Positions 25,301-39,000 of a DNA stretch of 64,000 nucleotides are shown piece by piece (the stretch's first letter is position 1; each line of letters opens with the position of its first letter). A program made the translations under genes and the position numbers. The notes beneath the pieces are model-generated. The model worked only from the letters and a program-made list of their open reading frames with translations. It was not told the origin of the DNA and made no database searches. Origin of the DNA: the human T2T-CHM13v2.0 reference genome, Homo sapiens. Location: NCBI RefSeq assembly GCF_009914755.1, contig NC_060946.1; one strand, 5' to 3'.

Positions 25301-28300
25301 CACCTCTGTTAGCTGAGTTCACACATCACAAACAAGTTTATGAGAATGCTTCTGTCTAGTTTTTATTTGAAGATATTTCCTTTCTCACCATAGACCTGAA
25401 AGCTGTCCTAATGTTCACTTCCAGATACTACAGAAAGAGTGTTTCAAAACTGCTGTACGAAAGGGAATGTTCAACTCTGTGACTTGAATGCACACATCAC
25501 AAAGAAGTTTCTGAGGATGCTGCTGTCTACTTTTTATACGTAATCCCGTTTCCAACGAAATCCTCCAAGCTATCCAAATATCCACTTGGAGATTCCACAG
25601 AAAGACTGTTTCAAAACTGCTCTGTCAATAGAAAGGTTCAACTCTGTTAACTGCGTGCATATATCCCAAAGAAGATTCTGAGATTGCTTCTGTCTAGTTT
25701 TTATGGGAAGATATTTCCCTTTTCACCGTAGGCGTCAAGGCGCTCCAAATGTCCACTTCCAGATACTACAAAAAGAGTGTTTCAAACCTACTCTGTGAAA
25801 GGGAATATTCAACTCTGTCACTTGAATGCACATATCACAAAGAAGTTTCTGAGAATGCTTCTGTCGAGATTTTATATGAAGATATTCCCGTTTCCAACGA
25901 AATCCTGAAATCTATCCAAATATCCCCTCGCAGATTCTACAAAAAGAGTGTTTCAAAACTGCTCTGTAAAAAGAAAGGTTCAACTCTGTTAGTTGAGTAC
26001 ACACTTCACAAACAAGTTTCACAGAATGCTTCTTTCTAGCTTGTAGGGGAAGATATTCCCTTTATCACCATGGGCCTCCAACCGTCCGAAACATCCACTT
26101 CCATATACTACAAAAAGAGCGTTTCAAACCTGCTCTATGAAAGGCAATGTTCAACTCTGTGACTTGAATGCAGACATCACAGAGCAGTTTCTGAGAATGC
26201 TTCTGTCTAGATTTTATAGGAAGATATTCCCGTTTCCAACGAAATCTTCACAGATATCCAAATATCCACTTGCAGATTCTACAAAAAGAGTGTATCAAAA
26301 CTGCTCTGTCAAAAGGAAGGTTCTTCTCTGTTAGGTGAGTGCATACGTCATAAAGGAGTTTCTGAGAATGTTTCTGTCTAGTGGTTATGGGAAGATATTT
26401 GCTTTTTCACCGTAGGCCTCAGAGCGCTCCAAATATCCACTTGCACATACTACAAAAAGAGTGCCTCAAAGCTGCTCTCTGAAACGGAATGTTCAACTCT
26501 ATGAGTTGAATGCAAACATCGCAAAGACGTTTCTGAGAATGCTTCTGTCTAGATTTGATATGAAGATATTCCCGTTTCCAACGAAATCTTCAAATCTATC
26601 CAAATGTCCACTTGCAGATTCAACAAAAAGTGTTTTTCAGAACTGCTCTATCAAAAGAAAGATCCACCTCTGTTAGCTGAGTTCACACATCACAAACAAG
26701 TTTATGAGAATGCTTCTGTCTAGTTTTTATTTGAAGATATTTCCTTTCTCACCATAGACCTGAAAGCTGTCCTAATGTTCACTTCCAGACACTACAGAAA
26801 GAGTGTTTCAAAACTGCTGTACGAAAGGGAATGTTCAACTCTGTGACTTGAATGCACACATCACAAAGAAGTTTCTGAGGATGCTGCTGTCTACTTTTTA
26901 TACGTAATCCCGTTTCCAACGAAATCCTCCAAGCTATCCAAATATCCACTTGCAGATTCCACAGAAAGACTGTTTCAAAACTGCTCTGTCAATAGAAAGG
27001 TTCAACTCTGTTAGCTGCGTGCATATATCCCAAAGAAGATTCTGAGATTGCTTCTGTCTAGTTTTTATGGGAAGATATTTCCCTTTTCACTGTAGGCGTC
27101 AAGGCGCTCCAAATGTCCACTTCCAGATACTACAAAAAGAGTGTTTCAAACCTACTCTGTGAAAGGGAATATTCAACTCTGTGACTTGAATGCAGATATC
27201 ACAAAGAAGTTTCTGAGAATGCTTCTGTCGAGATTTTATATGAAGATATTCCCGTTTCCAACGAAATCCTGAAGTCTCTCCAAATATCCCCTCGCAGATT
27301 CTACAAAAAGAGTGTTTCAAAACTGCTCTGTAAAAAGAAAGGTTCAACTCTGTTAGTTGAGTACACACATCACAAACAAGTTTCACAGAATGCTTCTTTC
27401 TAGCTTGTAGGGGAAGATATTCCCTTTATCACCATGGGCCTCAAACCGTCCGAAACGTCCACTTCCATATACTACAAAAAGAGCGTTTCTAAACTGCTCT
27501 AGGAAAGGCAATGTTCAACTCTGTGACTTGAATGCAGACATCACAGAGCAGTTTCTGAGAATGCTTCTGTCTAGATTTTATAGGAAGATATTCCCGTTTC
27601 CAACGAAATCTTCACAGCTATCCCAATATCCACTTGCAGATTCTACAAAAAGAGTGTATCAAAACTGCTCTGTCAAAAGGAAGGTTCTTCTCTGTTAGGT
27701 GAGTGCATACGTCATAAAGGAGTTTCTGAGAATGTTTCTGTCTAGTGGTTATGGGAAGATATTTGCTTTTTCACCGTAGGCCTCAGAGCGCTCCAAATAT
27801 CCACTTGCACATACTACAAAAAGAGTGCCTCAAAGCTGCTCTCTGAAACGGAATGTTCAACTCTATGAGTTGAATGCAAACATCGCAAAGACGTTTCTGA
27901 GAATGCTTCTGTCTAGATTTGATATGAAGATATTCCCGTTTCCAACGAAATCTTCAAATCTATCCAAATGTCCACTTGCAGATTCAACAAAAAGTGTTTT
28001 TCAGAACTGCTCTATCAAAAGAAAGATCCACCTCTGTTAGCTGAGTTCACACATCACAAACAAGTTTATGAGAATGCTTCTGTCTAGTTTTTATTTGAAG
28101 ATATTTCCTTTCTCACCATAGACCTGAAAGCTGTCCTAATGTTCACTTCCAGATACTACAGAAAGAGTGTTTCAACACTGCTGTACGAAAGGGAATGTTC
28201 AACTCTGTGACTTGAATGCACACATCACAAAGAAGATTCTGAGGATGCTGCTGTCTACTTTTTATACGTAATCCCGTTTCCAACGAAATCCTCCAAGCTA

Positions 28301-31300
28301 TCCAAATATCCACTTGCAGATTCCACAGAAAGACTGTTTCAAAACTGCTCTGTCAATAGAAAGGTTCAACTCTGTTAGCTGCGTGCATATATCCCAAAGA
28401 AGATTCTGAGATTGCTTCTGTCTAGTTTTTATGGGAAGATATTTCCCTTTTCACCGTAGGCGTCAAGGCGCTCCAAATGTCCACTTCCAGATACTACAAA
28501 AAGAGTGTTTCAAACCTACTCTGTGAAAGGGAATATTCAACTCTGTGACTTGAATGGAGATATCACAAAGAAGTTTCTGAGAATGCTTCTGTCGAGATTT
28601 TATATGAAGATATTCCCGTTTCCAACGAAATCCTGAAATCTATCCAAATATCCCCTCGCAGATTCTACAAAAAGAGTGTTTCAAAACTGCTCTGTAAAAA
28701 GAAAGGTTCAACTCTGTTAGTTGAGTACACACATCACAAACAAGTTTCACAGAATGCTTCTTTCTAGCTTGTAGGGGAAGATATTCCCTTTATCACCATG
28801 GGCCTCAAACCGTCCGAAACGTCCACTTCCATATACTACAAAAAGAGCGTTTCAAACCTGCTCTAGGAAAGGCAATGTTCAACTCTGTGACTTGAATGCA
28901 GACATCACAGAGCAGTTTCTGAGAATGCTTCTGTCTAGATTTTATAGGAAGATATTCCCGTTTCCAACGAAATCTTCACAGCTATCCCAATATCCTCTTG
29001 CAGATTCTACAAAAAGAGTGTATCAAAACTGCTCTGTCAAAAGGAAGGTTCTTCTCTGTTAGGTGAGTGCATACGTCATAAAGGAGTTTCTGAGAATGTT
29101 TCTGTCTAGTGGTTATGGGAAGATATTTGCTTTTTCACCGAAGGCCTCAGAGCGCTCCAAATATCCACTTGCACATACTACAAAATGAGTGCCTCAAAGC
29201 TGCTCTCTGAAACGGAATGTTCAACTCTATGAGTTGAATGCAAACATCACAAAGACGTTTCCGAGAATGCTTCTGCCTAGATTTGATATGAAGATATTCC
29301 CGTTTCCAACGAAATCTTCAAATCTATCCAAATGTCCACCTGCAGATTCAACAAAAAGTGTTTTTCAGAACTGCTCTATCAAAAGAAAGATCCATCTCTG
29401 TTAGCTGAGTTCACACATCACAAACAAGTTTATGAGAATGCTTCTGTCTAGTTTTTATTTGAAGATATTTCCTTTCTCACCATAGAGCTGAAAGCTGTCC
29501 TAATGTTCACTTCCAGATACTACAGAAAGAGTGTTTCAAAACTGCTGTACGAAAGGGAATGTTCAACTCTGTGACTTGAATGCACACATCACAAAGAAGA
29601 TTCTGAGGATGCTGCTGTCTACTTTTTATACGTAATCCCGTTTCCAATGAAATCCTCCAAGCTATCCAAATATCCACTTGCAGATTCCACAGAAAGACTG
29701 TTTCAAAACTGCTCTGTCAATAGAAAGGTTCAACTCTGTTAACTGCGTGCATATATCCCAAAGAAGATTCTGAGATTGCTTCTGTCTAGTTTTTATGGGA
29801 AGATATTTCCCTTTTCACCGTAGGCGTCAAGGCGCTCCAAATGTCCACTTCCAGATACTACAAAAAGAGTGTTTCAAACCTACTCTGTGAAAGGGAATAT
29901 TCAACTCTGTGACTTGAATGCACATATCACAAAGAAGTTTCTGAGAATGCTTCTGTCGAGATTTTATATGAAGATATTCCCGTTTCCAACGAAATCCTGA
30001 AATCTATCCAAATATCCCCTCGCAGATTCTACAAAAAGAGTGTTTCAAAACTGCTCTGTAAAAAGAAAGGTTCAACTCTGTTAGTTGAGTACACACATCA
30101 CAAACAAGTTTCACAGAATGCTTCTTTCTAGCTTGTAGGGGAAGATATTCCCTTTATCACCATGGGCCTCCAACCGTCCGAAATATCCACTTCCATATAC
30201 TACAAAAAGAGCGTTTCAAACCTGCTCTATGAAAGGCAATGTTCAACTCTGTGACTTGAATGCAGACATCACAGAGCAGTTTCTGAGAATGCTTCTGTCT
30301 AGATTTTATAGGAAGATATTCCCGTTTCCAACGAAATCTTCACAGCTATCCAAATATCCACTTGCAGATTCTACAAAAAGAGTGTATCAAAACTGCTCTG
30401 TCAAAAGGAAGGTTCTTCTCTGTTAGGTGAGTGCATACGTCATAAAGGAGTTTCTGAGAATGTTTCTGTCTAGTGGTTATGGGAAGATATTTGCTTTTTC
30501 ACCGTAGGCCTCAGAGCGCTCCAAATATCCACTTGCACATACTACAAAAAGTGTGCCTCAAAGCTGCTCTCTGAAACGGAATGTTCAACTCTATGAGTTG
30601 AATGCAAACATCACAAAGACGTTTCTGAGAATGCTTCTGTCAAAATTTGATATGAAGATATTCCCGTTTCCAACGAAATCTTCAAATCTATCCAAATGTC
30701 CACTTGCAGATTCAACAAAAAGTGTTTTTCAGAACTGCTCTATCAAAAGAAAGATCCACCTCTGTTAGCAGAGTTCACACATCACAAACAAGTTTATGAG
30801 AATGCTTCTGTCTAGTTTTTATTTGAAGATATTTCCTTTCTCACCATAGACCTGAAAGCTGTCCTAATGTTCACTTCCAGATACTACAGAAAGAGTGTTT
30901 CAAAACTGCTGTACGAAAGGGAATGTTCAACTCTGTGACTTGAATGCACACATCACAAAGAAGTTTCTGAGGATGCTGCTGTCTACTTTTTATACGTAAT
31001 CCCGTTTCCAACGAAATCCTCCAAGCTATCCAAATATCCATTTGCAGATTCCACAGAAAGACTGTTTCAAAACTGCTCTGTCAATAGAAAGGTTCAACTC
31101 TGTTAGCTGCGTGCATATATCCCAAAGAAGATTCTGAGATTGCTTCTGTCTAGTTTTTATGGGAAGATATTTCCCTTTTCACCGTAGGCGTCAAGGCGCT
31201 CCAAATGTCCACTTCCAGATACTACAAAAAGAGTGTTTCAAACCTACTCTGTGAAAGGGAATATTCAACTCTGTGACTTGAATGCACATATCACAAAGAA

Positions 31301-33099
31301 GTTTCTGAGAATGTTTCTGTCGAGATTTTATATGAAGATATTCCCGTTTCCAACGAAATCCTGAAATCTATCCAAATATCCCCTCGCAGATTCTACAAAA
31401 AGAGTGTTTCAAAACTGCTCTGTAAAAAGAAAGGTTCAACTCTGTTAGTTGAGTACACACATCACAAACAAGTTTCACAGAATGCTTCTTTCTAGCTTGT
31501 AGGGGAAGATATTCCCTTTATCACCATGGGCCTCAAACCGTCCGAAACGTCCACTTCCATATACTACAAAAAGAGCGTTTCAAACCTGCTCTAGGAAAGG
31601 CAATGTTCAACTCTGTGACTTGAATGCAGACATCACAGAGCAGTTTCTGAGAATGCTTCTGTCTAGATTTTATAGGAAGATATTCCCGTTTCCAACGAAA
31701 TCTTCACAGCTATCCAAATATCCACTTGCAGATTCTACAAAAAGAGTGTATCAAAACTGCTCTGTGAAAAGGAAGGTTCTTCTCTGTTAGGTGAGTGCAT
31801 ACGTCATAAAGGAGTTTCTGAGAATGTTTCTGTCTAGTGGTTATGGGAAGATATTTGCTTTTTAACCGTAGGCCTCAGAGCGCTCCAAATATCCACTTGC
31901 ACATACTACAAAAAGAGTGCCTCAAAGCTGCTCTCTGAAACGGAATGTTCAACTCTATGAGTTGAATGCAAACATCACAACGACGTTTCTGAGAATGCTT
32001 CTGTCTAGATTTGATATGAAGATATTCCCGTTTCCAACGAAATCTTCAAATCTATCCAAATGTCCACTTGCAGATTCAACAAAAAGTGTTTTTCCGAACT
32101 GCTCTATCAAAAGAAAGATCCGCCTCTGTTAGCTGAGTTCACACATCACAAACAAGTTTATGAGAATGCTTCTGTCTAGTTTTTATTTGAAGATATTTCC
32201 TTTCTCACCATAGACCTGAAAGCTGTCCTAATGTTCACTTCCAGATACTACAGAAAGAGTGTTTCAAAACTGCTGTACGAAAGGGAATGTTCAACTCTGT
32301 GACTTGAATGCACACATCACAAAGAAGTTTCTGAGGATGCTGCTGTCTACTTTTTATACGTAATCCCGTTTCCAAAGAAATCCTCCAATCTATCCAAATA
32401 TCCACTTGCAGATTCCACAGAAAGACTGTTTCAAATCTGCTCTGTCAATAGAAAGATTCAACTCTGTTAGCTGCGTGCATATATCCCAAAGAAGATTCTG
32501 AGATTGCTTCTGTCTAGTTTGTATGGGAAGATATTTCCCTTTTCACCGTAGGCGTCAAGGCGCTCCAAATGTCCACTTCCAGATACTACAAAAAGAGTGT
32601 TTCAAACCTACTCTGTGAAAGGGAATATTCAACTCTGTGACTTGAATGCACATATCACAAAGAAGTTTCTGAGAATGCTTCTGTCGAGATTTTATATGAA
32701 GATATTCCCGTTTCCAACGAAATCCTGAAATCTATCCAAATATCCCCTCGCAGATTCTACAAAAAGAGTGTTTCAAAACTGCTCTGTAAAAAGGAAGGTT
32801 CAACTCTGTTACTTGAGTACACACATCACAAACAAGTTTCACAGAATGCTTCTTTCTAGCTTGTAGGGGAAGATATTCCCTTTATCACCATGGGCCTCAA
32901 ACCGTCCGAAACGTCCACTTCCATATACTACAAAAAGAGCGTTTCAAACCTGCTCTAGGAAAGGCAATGTTCAACTCTGTGACTTGAATGCAGACATCAC
33001 AGAGCAGTTTCTGAGAATGCTTCTGTCTAGATTTTATAGGAAGATATTCCCGTTTCCAACGAAATCTTCACAGCTATCCAAATATCCACTTGCAGATTC

Positions 33100-36000
33100 T
33101 ACAAAAAGAGTGTATCAAAACTGCTCTGTCAAAAGGAAGGTTCTTCTCTGTTAGTTGAGTACATACGTCATAAAGGAGTTTCTGAGAATGTTTCTGTCTA
33201 GTGGTTATGGGAAGATATTTGCTTTTTCACCTTAGGCCTCAGAGCGCTCCAAATATCCACTTGCACATACTACAAAAAGAGTGCTTCAAAGCTGCTCTCT
33301 GAAAGGGAATGTTCAACTCTATGAGTTGAATGCAAACATCACAAGGACGTTTCTGACAATGCTTCTGTCTAGATTTGATATGAAGATATTCCCGTTTCCA
33401 ACGAAATCTTCAAATCTATCCAAATGTCCACTTGCAGATTCAACAAAAAGTGTTTTTCCGAACTGCTCTATCAAAAGAAAGATCCGCCTCTGTTAGCTGA
33501 GTTCACACATCACAAACAAGTTTATGAGAATGCTTCTGTCTAGTTTTTATTTGAAGATATTTCCTTTCTCACCATAGACCTGAAAGCTGTCCTAATGTTC
33601 ACTTCCAGATACTACAGAAAGAGTGTTTCAAAACTGCTGTACGAAAGGGAATGTTCAACTCTGTGACTTGAATGCACACATCAGAAAGAAGTTTCTGAGG
33701 ATGCTGCTGTCTACTTTTTATACATAATCCCGTTTCCAACGAAATCCTCCAATCTATCCAAATATCCACTTGCAGATTCCACAGAAAGACTGTTTCAAAT
33801 CTGCTCTGTCAATAGAAAGATTCAACTCTGTTAGCTGCGTGCATATATCCCAAAGAAGATTCTGAGATTGCTTCTGTCTAGTTTTTATGGGAAGATATTT
33901 CCCTTTTCACCGTAGGCGTCAAGGCGCTCCAAATGTCCACTTCCAGATACTACAAAAAGAGTGTTTCAAACCTACTCTGTGAAAGGGAATATTCAACTCT
34001 GTGACTTGAATGCACATATCACAAAGAAGTTTCTGAGAATGCTTCTGTCGAGATTTTATATGAAGATATTCCCGTTTCCAACGGAATCCTGAAATCTATC
34101 CAAATATCCCCTCGCAGATTCTACAAAAAGAGTGTTTCAAAACTGCTCTGTAAAAAGAAAGGTTCAACTCTGTTAGTTGAGTACACACATCACAAACAAG
34201 TTTCACAGAATGCTTCTTTCTAGCTTGTAGGGGAAGATATTCCCTTTATCACCAAGGGCCTCAAACCGTCCGAAACGTCCACTTCCATATACTACAAAAA
34301 GAGCGTTTCAAACCTGCGCTAGGAAAGGCAATGTTCAACTCTGTGACTTGAATGCAGACATCACAGAGCAGTTTCTGAGAATGCTTCTGTCTAGATTTTA
34401 TAGGAAGATATTCCCGTTTCCAACGAAATCTTCACAGCTATCCAAATATCCACTTGCAGATTCTACAAAAAGAGTGTATCAAAACTGCTCTGTCAAAAAG
34501 AAGGTTCTTCTCTGTTAGGTGAGTGCATACGTCATAAAGGAGTTTCTGAGAATGTTTCAGTCTAGTGGTTATGGGAAGATATTTGCTTTTTCACTGTAGG
34601 CCTCACAGCGCTCCAAATATCCACTTGCACATACTACAAAAAGAGTGCTTCAAAGCTGCTCTCTGAAACGGAATGTTCAACTCTATGAGTTGAATGCAAA
34701 CATCACAAAGACGTTTCCGAGAATGCTTCTGTCTAGATTTGATATGAAGATATTCCCGTTTCCAACGAAATCTTCAAATCTATCCAAATGTCCACTTGCA
34801 GATTCAACAAAAAGTGTTTTTCCGAACTGCTCTATCAACAGAAAGATCCGCCTCTGTTAGCTGAGTTCCCACATCACAAACAAGTTTATGAGAATGCTTC
34901 TGTCTAGTTTTTATTTGAAGATATTTCCTTTCTCACCATAGACCTGAAAGCTGTCCTAATGTTCACTTCCAGATACTACAGAAAGAGTGTTTCAAAACTG
35001 CTGTACGAAAGGGAATGTTCAACTCTGTGACTTGAATGCACACATCACAAAGAAGTTTCTGAGGATGCTGCTGTCTACTTTTTATACGTAATCCCGTTTC
35101 CAACGAAATCCTCCAAGCTATCCAAATATCCACTTGCAGATTCCACAGAAAGACTGTTTCAAAACTGCTCTGTCAATAGAAAGGTTCAACTCTGTTAACT
35201 GCGTGCATATATCCCAAAGAAGATTCTGAGATTGCTTCTGTCTAGTTTGTATGGGAAGATATTTCCCTTTTCACCGTAGGCGTCAAGGCGCTCCAAATGT
35301 CCACTTCCAGATACTACAAAAAGAGTGTTTCAAACCTACTCTGTGAAAGGGAATATTCAACTCTGTGACTTGAATGCACATATCACAAAGAAGTTTCTGA
35401 GAATGCTTCTGTCGAGATTTTATATGAAGATATTCCCGTTTCCAACGAAATCCTGAAATCTCTCCAAATATCCCCTCGCAGATTCTACAAAAAGAGTGTT
35501 TCAAAACTGCTCTGTAAAAAGAAAGGTTCAACTCTGTTAGTTGAGTACACACATCACAAACAAGTTTCACAGAATGCTTCTTTCTAGCTTGTAGGGGAAG
35601 ATATTCCCTTTATCACCATGGGCCTCAAACCGTCCGAAACGTCCACTTCCATATACTACAAAAAGAGCGTTTCAAACCTGCTCTAGGAAAGGCAATGTTC
35701 AACTCTGTGACTTGAATGCAGACATCACAGAGCAGTTTCTGAGAATGCTTCTGTCTAGATTTTATAGGAAGGTATTCCCGTTTCCAACGAAATCTTCACA
35801 GCTATCCAAATATCCACTTGCAGATTCTACAAAAAGAGTGTATCAAAACTGCTCTGTCAAAAGGAAGGTTCTTCTCTGTTAGTTGAGTACATACGTCATA
35901 AAGGAGTTTCTGAGAATGTTTCTGTCTAGTGGTTATGGGAAGATATTTGCTTTTTCACCTTAGGCCTCAGAGCGCTCCAAATATCCACTTGCACATACTA

Positions 36001-39000
36001 CAAAAAGAGTGCTTCAAAGCTGCTCTCTGAAAGGGAATGTTCAACTCTATGAGTTGAATGCAAACATCACAAAGACGTTTCTGACAATGCTTCTGTCTAG
36101 ATTTGATATGAAGATATTCCCGTTTCCAACGAAATCTTCAAATCTATCCAAATGTCCACTTGCAGATTCAACAAAAAGTGTTTTTCCGAACTGCTCTATC
36201 AAAAGAAAGATCCGCCTCTGTTAGCTGAGTTCACACATCACAAACAAGTTTATGAGAATGCTTCTGTCTAGTTTTTATTTGAAGATATTTCCTTTCTCAC
36301 CATAGACCTGAAAGCTGTCCTAATGTTCACTTCCAGATACTACAGAAAGAGTGTTTCAAAACTGCTGTACGAAAGGGAATGTTCAACTCTGTGACTTGAA
36401 TGCACACATCACAAAGAAGTTTCTGAGGATGCTGCTGTCTACTTTTTATACATAATCCCGTTTCCAACGAAATCCTCCAATCTATCCAAATATCCACTTG
36501 CAGATTCCACAGAAAGACTGTTTCAAATCTGCTCTGTCAATAGAAAGATTCAACTCTGTTAGCTGCGTGCATATATCCCAAAGAAGATTCTGAGATTGCT
36601 TCTGTCTAGTTTTTATGGGAAGATATTTCCCTTTTCACCGTAGGCGTCAAGGCGCTCCAAATGTCCACTTCCAGATACTACAAAAAGAGTGTTTCAAACC
36701 TACTCTGTGAAAGGGAATATTCAACTCTGTGACTTGAATGCACATATCACAAAGAAGTTTCTGAGAATGCTTCTGTCGAGATTTTATATGAAGATATTCC
36801 CGTTTCCAACGGAATCCTGAAATCTATCCAAATATCCCCTCGCAGATTCTACAAAAAGAGTGTTTCAAAACTGCTCTGTAAAAAGAAAGGTTCAACTCTG
36901 TTAGTTGAGTACACACATCACAAACAAGTTTCACAGAATGCTTCTTTCTAGCTTGTAGGGGAAGATATTCCCTTTATCACCAAGGGCCTCAAACCGTCCG
37001 AAACGTCCACTTCCATATACTACAAAAAGAGCGTTTCAAACCTGCGCTAGGAAAGGCAATGTTCAACTCTGTGACTTGAATGCAGACATCACAGAGCAGT
37101 TTCTGAGAATGCTTCTGTCTAGATTTTATAGGAAGATATTCCCGTTTCCAACGAAATCTTCACAGCTATCCAAATATCCACTTGCAGATTCTACAAAAAG
37201 AGTGTATCAAAACTGCTCTGTCAAAAAGAAGGTTCTTCTCTGTTAGGTGAGTGCATACGTCATAAAGGAGTTTCTGAGAATGTTTCAGTCTAGTGGTTAT
37301 GGGAAGATATTTGCTTTTTCACTGTAGGCCTCACAGCGCTCCAAATATCCACTTGCACATACTACAAAAAGAGTGCTTCAAAGCTGCTCTCTGAAACGGA
37401 ATGTTCAACTCTATGAGTTGAATGCAAACATCACAAAGACGTTTCCGAGAATGCTTCTGTCTAGATTTGATATGAAGATATTCCCGTTTCCAACGAAATC
37501 TTCAAATCTATCCAAATGTCCACTTGCAGATTCAACAAAAAGTGTTTTTCCGAACTGCTCTATCAACAGAAAGATCCGCCTCTGTTAGCTGAGTTCCCAC
37601 ATCACAAACAAGTTTATGAGAATGCTTCTGTCTAGTTTTTATTTGAAGATATTTCCTTTCTCACCATAGACCTGAAAGCTGTCCTAATGTTCACTTCCAG
37701 ATACTACAGAAAGAGTGTTTCAAAACTGCTGTACGAAAGGGAATGTTCAACTCTGTGACTTGAATGCACACATCACAAAGAAGTTTCTGAGGATGCTGCT
37801 GTCTACTTTTTATACGTAATCCCGTTTCCAACGAAATCCTCCAAGCTATCCAAATATCCACTTGCAGATTCCACAGAAAGACTGTTTCAAAACTGCTCTG
37901 TCAATAGAAAGGTTCAACTCTGTTAACTGCGTGCATATATCCCAAAGAAGATTCTGAGATTGCTTCTGTCTAGTTTTTATGGGAAGATATTTCCCTTTTC
38001 ACCGTAGGCGTCAAGGCGCTCCAAATGTCCACTTCCAGATACTACAAAAAGAGTGTTTCAAACCTACTCTGTGAAAGGGAATATTCAACTCTGTGACTTG
38101 AATGCACATATCACAAAGAAGTTTCTGAGAATGCTTCTGTCGAGATTTTATATGAAGATATTCCCGTTTCCAACGAAATCCTGAAATCTCTCCAAATATC
38201 CCCTCGCAGATTCTACAAAAAGAGTGTTTCAAAACTGCTCTGTAAAAAGAAAGGTTCAACTCTGTTAGTTGAGTACACACATCACAAACAAGTTTCACAG
38301 AATGCTTCTTTCTAGCTTGTAGGGGAAGATATTCCCTTTATCACCATGGGCCTCAAACCGTCCGAAACGTCCACTTCCATATACTACAAAAAGAGCGTTT
38401 CAAACCTGCTCTAGGAAAGGCAATGTTCAACTCTGTGACTTGAATGCAGACATCACAGAGCAGTTTCTGAGAATGCTTCTGTCTAGATTTTATAGGAAGG
38501 TATTCCCGTTTCCAACGAAATCTTCACAGCTATCCAAATATCCACTTGCAGATTCTACAAAAAGAGTGTATCAAAACTGCTCTGTCAAAAGGAAGGTTCT
38601 TCTCTGTTAGTTGAGTACATACGTCATAAAGGAGTTTCTGAGAATGTTTCTGTCTAGTGGTTATGGGAAGATATTTGCTTTTTCACCTTAGGCCTCAGAG
38701 CGCTCCAAATATCCACTTGCACATACTACAAAAAGAGTGCTTCAAAGCTGCTCTCTGAAAGGGAATGTTCAACTCTATGAGTTGAATGCAAACATCACAA
38801 AGACGTTTCTGACAATGCTTCTGTCTAGATTTGATATGAAGATATTCCCGTTTCCAACGAAATCTTCAAATCTATCCAAATGTCCACTTGCAGATTCAAC
38901 AAAAAGTGTTTTTCCGAACTGCTCTATCAAAAGAAAGATCCGCCTCTGTTAGCTGAGTTCACACATCACAAACAAGTTTATGAGAATGCTTCTGTCTAGT

